The position numbers and the translations under genes are program-made. Source: Lingula anatina (lineage: Eukaryota > Animalia > Brachiopoda). From it: 64,000 nt of DNA. The stretch spans positions 28,338,848 through 28,402,847 of the forward strand of contig CM120643.1 in the NCBI GenBank assembly GCA_051362555.1, in the 5' to 3' direction. This document shows positions 56,867-64,000 of the stretch, piece after piece; positions within the stretch are counted from its first letter, which is position 1; every line of letters begins with the position of its first letter. The notes beneath the pieces were generated by a model. That model saw nothing but the letters and a program-made list of their open reading frames with translations. It was not told the origin of the DNA and made no database searches.

Positions 56867-57700
56867 ATTGCAAGGTGCGATGGCCGTGGAAATTGTACTC
56901 ATTTCTTGAGTTTGTCTTGCTACCAGCGTACGTGGCAGGCGCTCACCACTATTGGAGAGAAAGCAACACACGGGGAAAGTAGTTCCCTTTTGCTTCACAC
57001 TTGCCTCACACGATTGTGATGACGTACTAACCGCGTGCGACAGTTTTGGCTACTTAGTTCTTCCCTTCTTTCTTCTTCTTTCTCCCCTCTTTTCTGCTAT
57101 CTTAAATTTTTTTTTGGCTTTTTGGGGCATATTAGATGCTGAATTAAGCAAAATTCGAATTTTTTGAAAATTGCTGTACAGGTTGCACAATCGTCGTTAA
57201 TTGTCGAGACACGAGCGTGCGGCGAAGGGGTGACGCACGTGCGACGCACTTCTACGGTGCTTTCGACTTTGATCGTTAGTTGTGAGTGAGTGTGTGCGCC
57301 GTAATCCACACGAAAAGGGCGCTTGCTCCTTCATTGCTTGCGACGTGCGTCCTGACCATGCACGTCCCACCTGCGAACTCCTTGCGAGTGAAGCAAGTCT
57401 GTTTGAGGCCTTACTGTTCCCAGATTATTCGTAGAATCTTTTGGACATGACCAACACCCTCCGTACGTGCATAGGGCTGTCTGCGAACTCAAAATTTCGC
57501 AAGAGAGACTTGCGTTGCACGTGAGATTCTGCGCAAAATTTGGACGCAAACAGGTCGCAAGAGCCCGTACGGCCAGTTGTGACCGAGGCTTAAGATTAGG
57601 GAACGTGCGATCCCATCAGGGAATGTAGAAATCAGTTTGGGTGTGGCAGTAACACCTAGTTGGGAAACAGACACGGTGAAAGGGGACACAATGTGTTGAT

Positions 57701-57706
57701 TATAAA
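57701..57706 (+). promoter_or_regulatory. Possible TATA box upstream of the signal-peptide exon
   Basis: TATAAA 200 nt upstream of the ATG; supported by position only. Confidence 0.25.
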
Positions 57707-57900
57707 CAGACCGTTTACAAAGGTTGGCAAGATAACAGACCGAGAGTAGGATATCGGTTTTTGATTTAAGTATCAGAATAAGCATAATGGGAGATGAGAT
57801 GCATTAACGTAGATAGACATACCAACACCTTGGCCAACATTAGTAAATAATACTCATGGCCGCAATCTTGCTTTTTTCTTAGCAACTCTGCTCACTGATT

Positions 57901-57973
57901 ATGGGATTGTTGATGTTCTCCACCCTTGTTCTTGCATTGATGGCTAGTGGCGTCGTTTATTCCACGGATTCCA
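57901..57973 (+). CDS. Signal-peptide exon, probably the first coding exon of a neighbouring paralogous SRCR gene
   Basis: MGLLMFSTLVLALMASGVVYSTDS plus 1 nt, then a consensus gtaagt donor (phase 1, matching A exons). Polypyrimidine acceptor ttttttcttag ends at 57882. Confidence 0.7.
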
Positions 57974-58755
57974 GTAAGTCAAGGGCTCAGCGAGAAAACA
58001 TTTCTTTTATTTTGAGTACCACGAATGAAATTGGATAATTGTAGAGCATCAATTGCGCATATTAACAAGTGTCTGATGTACATGAAAACGTTGAATTAAA
58101 ATCATTCAACTCCAGTAGACTTTAAATTGATTAAATTGTGATTTGTGACACTATAAGAATGCCAATAAACCAATTATTAATTTCAATCCATAATAAAATA
58201 CGTGCATTTCAGATATGTGAACTATACAAACTGATAGAGAATGCCCAACATGTAATTGCCTTTGCGAATTTTCCTTTTCAGCCAGATGCAATCCTAACCC
58301 TTGCGAACATGGTGGGACATGCATACCTAACGATAACCCTGCCTCTTTGTTGAAGTACTGGTGCGTATGTCCCTCTTACGCGTCCGGATACAGGTGCAAC
58401 ATACGTAAGTTGCCCCATTTAAGTTTGCATACCTGGCAACTGCTTAAAAACTGTGTACATTGCAGCTATTAGTTTTATTTTGTTTCGCAGCTAAATATCA
58501 GAACACACATTTATTAATGCCAACAATTCGATTATGAAAAGGAAACATTTGCATGTTAAAAACAAAATGATTCAATATCAAAGGAAATAGTTGACAATAC
58601 TTTGCAATGTATAGATACATTTTACAAAGCACAATTACTATATGGACAGGTTACTTGTACCTTGGTATTTTATTTCCAACGTTTGGCAAACCTTCGGTCT
58701 CCGAGGCGAACCTTAGAAAAAGAGCATGTAAGGCATACTTCACTCCAAAACCTTA

Positions 58756-59504
58756 AGGCTGGGTCACACTGCGCTTGTAACCTTTTGGCAACCTTTTTGC
58801 AACCACACAATCTGGCGGTCGCTTGCGATAACTTTGCAAGCTTATTAAGAAGCTGTGGCCAATATTGATCGGCAAGCAGTCGCAAAGCGGTTGCAACAAG
58901 GTTGCAGTATGGTATCTGCAACCTATTATACACCATCAAAAGTTATAGATTACCAGTCACACACTGTTTGCCGAGCGATACACAACCTGTCTGCAACCAC
59001 TTGGTGATTGAAAACCGGTAGCAGGACTGTAGCAATCAACTTTCGCTTCTCGCTTGCAACCTTCCTGCGACATATTTTTGAATGCCTGCGATCGGTAACA
59101 AACCTGTTAGCGACCAAGAGACTAAAGAGCGTCAATCGAGCATGCAGTTACAAGTATACAACTGTAACCTTCTAGCGACCTGCTACCTACTACTTGCGAC
59201 TGGTAAAAAAAAGCTTGTAAGCGACCAGTCGACTAGATACTGTCAGTCAACCGTGCAGTTGCAAATGGTATGCTACTGGTTATAGCAACCTACTGACAAC
59301 CAAGAAGATACCGATAGGCAACCTTTAGTATACCGATATTTATCATCTTTAGTCGCACTGGTTGTCAGTGCACGAAAAATGGCCTTCATCTGTCAACGAT
59401 CGCAGGCGACCTGTTAGCTCCTTATGCGACCACTTTAAAACCTATGGCAACCTCCTTGCGACTTTGGTTGCAAAGGGGTTGCCAGACGGTTGGAAGCGCA
59501 GCCT
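58756..59504. mobile_element. Harbinger-like MITE
   Basis: Short imperfect TIR aggctgggt / agcgcagcct, tta flanks, dense internal gcaacc/gcgacc motifs. Confidence 0.55.
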
Positions 59505-59962
59505 TTACTTACCCTACTTAAAAGGGATAATAACTGTTTGTATGATATCCATATTTCTCAATAAATACATTGTAAACAACTCATAGAAATATAATACATT
59601 TTTACCACCAAGACGCAATTATTTGTGCTAGCCATCACATCACGTAATCTTCATAGATGGCTACACTCTTACAATATCTTAAGAGAACATTACAAAAAAA
59701 AAAAAAAAAAAAAAAAAATAGGAACTAATTTTGAATGTCGGAATAGATTAATGAAATATTGCCAATATAGAAAATGTGTTTGTTACCCCGGTAAAATCCT
59801 TTTTTGGCCAAAACGAAGAGTTGTTATTCACAATTATCCACAATGACATATTGGTTATGGCCATGGCCACTTATGAGTTTGGATTTAAGGGTTTACACCA
59901 TTGCAGACAAATGGCCTATAAAAAATGCCATCTTTTTTGCCAACAGCACAACGGGAAACCAT

Positions 59963-60813
59963 GTTGACAGATGTACATGTAGTCACTGTTCATTAGCCGG
60001 CCTAAACATTTCTAAATATCCTACATGTTCCCGGAAGTGACGAAATCTGGAGAGATCAGGCAAACTTCAAATCTGGAATCTTAAAACAAAGCAATAATGT
60101 AATTTTATAAATTTAATATCTGGTTATAAGTCCCGTCAGCCGCTGTAAGCATACGGCTTATTTTTACGCATTTTATTTTCACACTAACCTGCATTATCAA
60201 AAATCTTGTTAGTCCTCCGGCTTTATATGCGGTCTGATGTCTGCATTTGATATAGTTTATTCATCTATCCTAATGGAAGCACGTCACCCTCTGTCAAGGT
60301 CGCAAACTGAATTTTCACTAGATATATTCATAGTTATGTGTCTGGTTAATTATGTGTACTTTGGTGTTATCTGATGCATGATATACAAAGATTGCTATTC
60401 TATTTGACCCAACTGATGAATTTAGTAGCGGTAAACGCCTAGCAGCATGCAGTCTACCCGCCTTAATTTAATATACCGACTGATATCAGCCCTTCCATAA
60501 TTGAATATGATATCGCATTTCATGTGGCAATTCATGTAAGTGAGTGATATGGCGACACTGGTCAAACATTAAGATATCAGTAGGAGTTAAAAACGTGAAG
60601 AAATCTGTGAGATGACGCCAATTTAAAACGTTTTAATTCTTTACAGCGACTTGTGGGGCAAACGCTGTTTGCTTTTATAACCTTAACATGAGCTGACTGA
60701 ATAAAAATGTAATTGTGATTCAGAATATAAACTTTATTGTGAATGCAAAGCTGGTTACGATGGGGACAGGTTTCTTTGAACCTGCAAGTATAATGAAGCC
60801 TCTGGGTTCTTAA
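59963..60813 (+). repeat. Paralog of 1521-3270 lacking its insertions
   Basis: Colinear sequence match. Confidence 0.85.
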
Positions 60814-62385
60814 AGAAGGACGGAATTTACATACGTTTTTTATGTAGTCCTAATGAGTAATTTTTAAATATTCGAGTCCGGGGAATTCCGTTTCCTGATG
60901 CGGTGTAATTGACAATAATGCAAAACAACTTACCTGAACGCGACTGCATAACACTCGCTGAAACGGAAATGACGTAACGTATTTGGTGTACTCGTTTCAC
61001 CGACATGCAGCTGAATAACTCGGAAGCTTGAAGAGTATTGTATTTCTCATCATTCTAACTGAAACAAGTTGAAGAGAGGCAAATGACGCTATTGTGTGGC
61101 GCATGGACGCAACAATACGAGTAGCTCTATTGACGAAATAGAGAAGACAATGGTTAGTTTTATTCGCGTGCCACGTAAAGATTTTGATCTGCCGTCGAAG
61201 AGGATGCGGATATGTTGCTATGCTAAAATGTTGCTAATAGAGATAGTTACGATCACTCGCCTGCATACCAAGATATTCATCATACAGAGGCACAAGGTAT
61301 CATACATTGTAATGAGAATGCAGTCTTCCATAAGTACTTCCATTACTTTTATAGTTATGATAAGTTTATAAGATTTGAAACTTACTGATGACATTTAGTA
61401 TACCAGTAAAGGGCAGAAGCTGTGGAGATTTTTTAAATCACTTGTTCAGATTTTCTTTTTACCTTACCTTTATATTACTTCTGTGTGCGAGTGTATTTTA
61501 TTAGTAAAGATTTTAATTGTGTTACTAAGTCTGTCCACATATACGTAGAATGTTGTTCTTATATTTTCAGATACTAGTAACAAGAGGGACCCAGCTGAGG
61601 GGAATGAAGGTGCCAAGATCAGTTGCTGTTCAGTCAAAGCTTAAACTTCAATGTAAAGGTGGGATATCTTCATTTTATATTCTTTCATTTTGTGTACTTA
61701 TGACAATTGACGTATGTATTGATTATTATTATTATTGTTATCATTATAATTATTGCCACAGATGTCCAGACAGACATAAATGCAATATGTCACATGCAGA
61801 ATATTCTGGTCACATCGTTTTAGGTTTTGTCCACTGACTGCTGAATTGTCTGGTCAAGACCGTTGAAGAAAATTCAGTGACATATCTCTGGTGGGAATAG
61901 CCCCAACCCCTTTGACAACACAGTACAAGAGACCACAATTTTGTGAGACTATGTCTTGATTTAACAAGAGAAGGGCAACTCTATTGCAAGCTTTGAAAAA
62001 TTCTATCTATATTTGACTTAGAACCAAAATGTTATAGGGTCCACAGAGGCACCAAATGGAGAGAATCTGCTCATAATTAATTTTCAAGCACTTCAATTTA
62101 TGAAAGCAAAACATGAAAACCTTTTACATGAGATGAATATTTATATGCATTTGTACTATGTGAAACCCAGAGTTCATGCCTTAATTCATATGTCATGAAG
62201 TCTAAAATCATTGTGCAATAAACTATCAAATGAAATGTGTACTGTGAGACAACCATATAAATTCAATGTGAACTTCTTTTATCTTATCCCATAAAAGTAG
62301 TGTGGGAAAATAAAACTGAGTTAATATAATGGAAAAGAAGGACAAGATTTAACTATGAAGATTTCTATCTGACACTTGTGATAAA

Positions 62386-62450
<65 letters not shown>

Positions 62451-63415
62451 TACCAGTTTTAAGAATGTGTATATTAACCCCGTGGACCATTTGAAGATTA
62501 CACTGCGATTAATGCGGTGGAAAACACAATAGCAAGAGTGTATAATGATAGGGTCGCTAAACGATTGTTGACGGCATATAGTAACTAGCCTAATCCCTGG
62601 ACCACAGAAACCGGCGTCATGGGGTTCACTCGTCTTAAGTATTGTGTTATTCCACCTAAGCTATTGTGTTTGTGCGTTCGAATTTTGAAGGGATTTATAC
62701 TGCCCTCCATTGTTTGTCCGCCCCCTTCTATTCACAAGATAGGGATTAAAACATTTTGAACGTTGTAAAATCGGTGTACAACGGAAACAAAATTATTACT
62801 ACTATATATATATATATGTGTGTGTGTGTGTTTTATTCTTTGATGATTAAATACTTATTTATACAAGATCAACTCTACGTCACTTCAGTCCTCGTGCACA
62901 ATAATGGAATAGAAGTAAGTCCAAATTAGGCAATTTTAACTCTGTGTGATATCCACTTGATGTTAGCATGCTTCTAATCTTAATCACTGAACAAGCAGAT
63001 GGGGGGGGGGGGGGGGGGGGCTGCATTCTTTGCCCCCAAACAAATCTGAACCGCCACACCACTTGGCGATAAGCTATGTTAAAATATTTTCTGAAAGAAT
63101 ATAATACAATCGCCCAGTAAGTTTCATGACAATAAATGAAAATAAAACCATATTCCATTCGGGTGAATTAAAAGTAATGTATACATTTCAATAAAATATA
63201 AGACAAAGATTTAGAGTATTTCAGAATTGTGCTGATGGTAGTATTGCTTGAGTAACTGATTGAATATGTTTACATGTACCATATGCCTGATTTACTGTAT
63301 GATTTACTTGAATTACTACTTTCTATGCTGAAAGTATGCGATTTCCAACGCATAGGTATTTAGACAGCCCTGATCAAATCCTGGGTGCATGGTGATACAA
63401 CAAACACCGCTTTTC

Positions 63416-63474
<59 letters not shown>

Positions 63475-64000
63475 AAAACGCCGGTAAATTAGGTAGCACA
63501 TGACACATACGTATGTCTGACCTGCAGACATAATTTACATTACTCACTTAATTCATTATGTTACGTTTTGCTCCTGTTCCTGAAGTATTTTGTATAATAA
63601 TTCTAATGTTATATTACTTACCACTAAGGAAGTAAATATAGAACTCGTAAACTTGAAGTGACACCTGTGTCACCGCGGTCTCTCTCGTCTTCAGAGTCTG
63701 ACTGAAAGGGTTCAAATTGGTACGGAAGCACCGACTGTGTCAGGCTTCGGACGCTTCCGTGCTCGCCTCTTTACTTTCATCATCTACGTTGTCCAGATTA
63801 TAGTCCGTCACGTGAATCTTCCTACCAACTCAGTCACAGACAGTGTTGGACAAGTTTGTGACGTCACCTCGAAGTGGCCTCGATTTGGCTATTCCCAGCC
63901 TTCCTCCATACGAGCGGTTTTCACAGGTGAGAACCCGTGCATTCAATGCGCTGTAAATACCTGTAGGTCACTAGTGTACGTATTGAAGTATCGCTTTCGG
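60814..64000 (+). mobile_element. Kolobok-like element, copy 2 (inverted relative to copy 1; runs past the window end)
   Basis: ttaa|agaaggacggaatttacatacg terminus; colinear reverse complement of about 12225-15137; THAP-like RYCVAHGRNN...SFIRVPRK. Confidence 0.85.
62448..62802 (+). mobile_element. Short TIR-less insertion between (TA)n tracts inside Kolobok copy 2
   Basis: Absent from copy 1 (near 13350); the left part matches about 49172-49315 and 37375-37452, and the right part matches about 20980-21180. Confidence 0.7.

Larger units (their letters stand above)
54033..57590. mobile_element. Harbinger-like non-autonomous element hosting an ISL2EU-like element
   Basis: TIR agcctcggtcaca, 3 bp TSD taa on both sides. 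Confidence 0.75.

Overview
AT-rich, intron-containing invertebrate (metazoan) genomic DNA; the organism cannot be fixed from sequence alone. The core is a + strand gene for a multi-SRCR protein with ten group A (6-Cys) SRCR domains, each split into an 'A' half-exon (phase 1-2) and a 'B' half-exon (phase 2-1). It has 20 exons from 4862 to a stop at 48101 and about 1079 codons in the window. All exons read open by hand, and there is no transmembrane segment. Domains 1-9 alternate between two B-exon types, i.e. a two-domain higher-order repeat with conserved introns. The last half-domain is strongly divergent. A signal-peptide exon at 57901-57973, followed by DNA paralogous to that upstream of the first SRCR exon, suggests the next gene of a tandem cluster starts here. 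Four introns are inflated by nested transposons: two TTAA-flanked Sola3-like elements, a Kolobok-like THAP element, an RTE LINE, a full-structure degenerate BEL/Pao LTR element, Tx1/L1 fragments and several MITEs. Downstream of the gene are an ISL2EU-like element nested in a Harbinger-like element, a second Kolobok-like copy and further MITEs. Most short ORFs in the supplied track are spurious. Coordinates were counted by hand, and family names come from motif recognition, not database searches.
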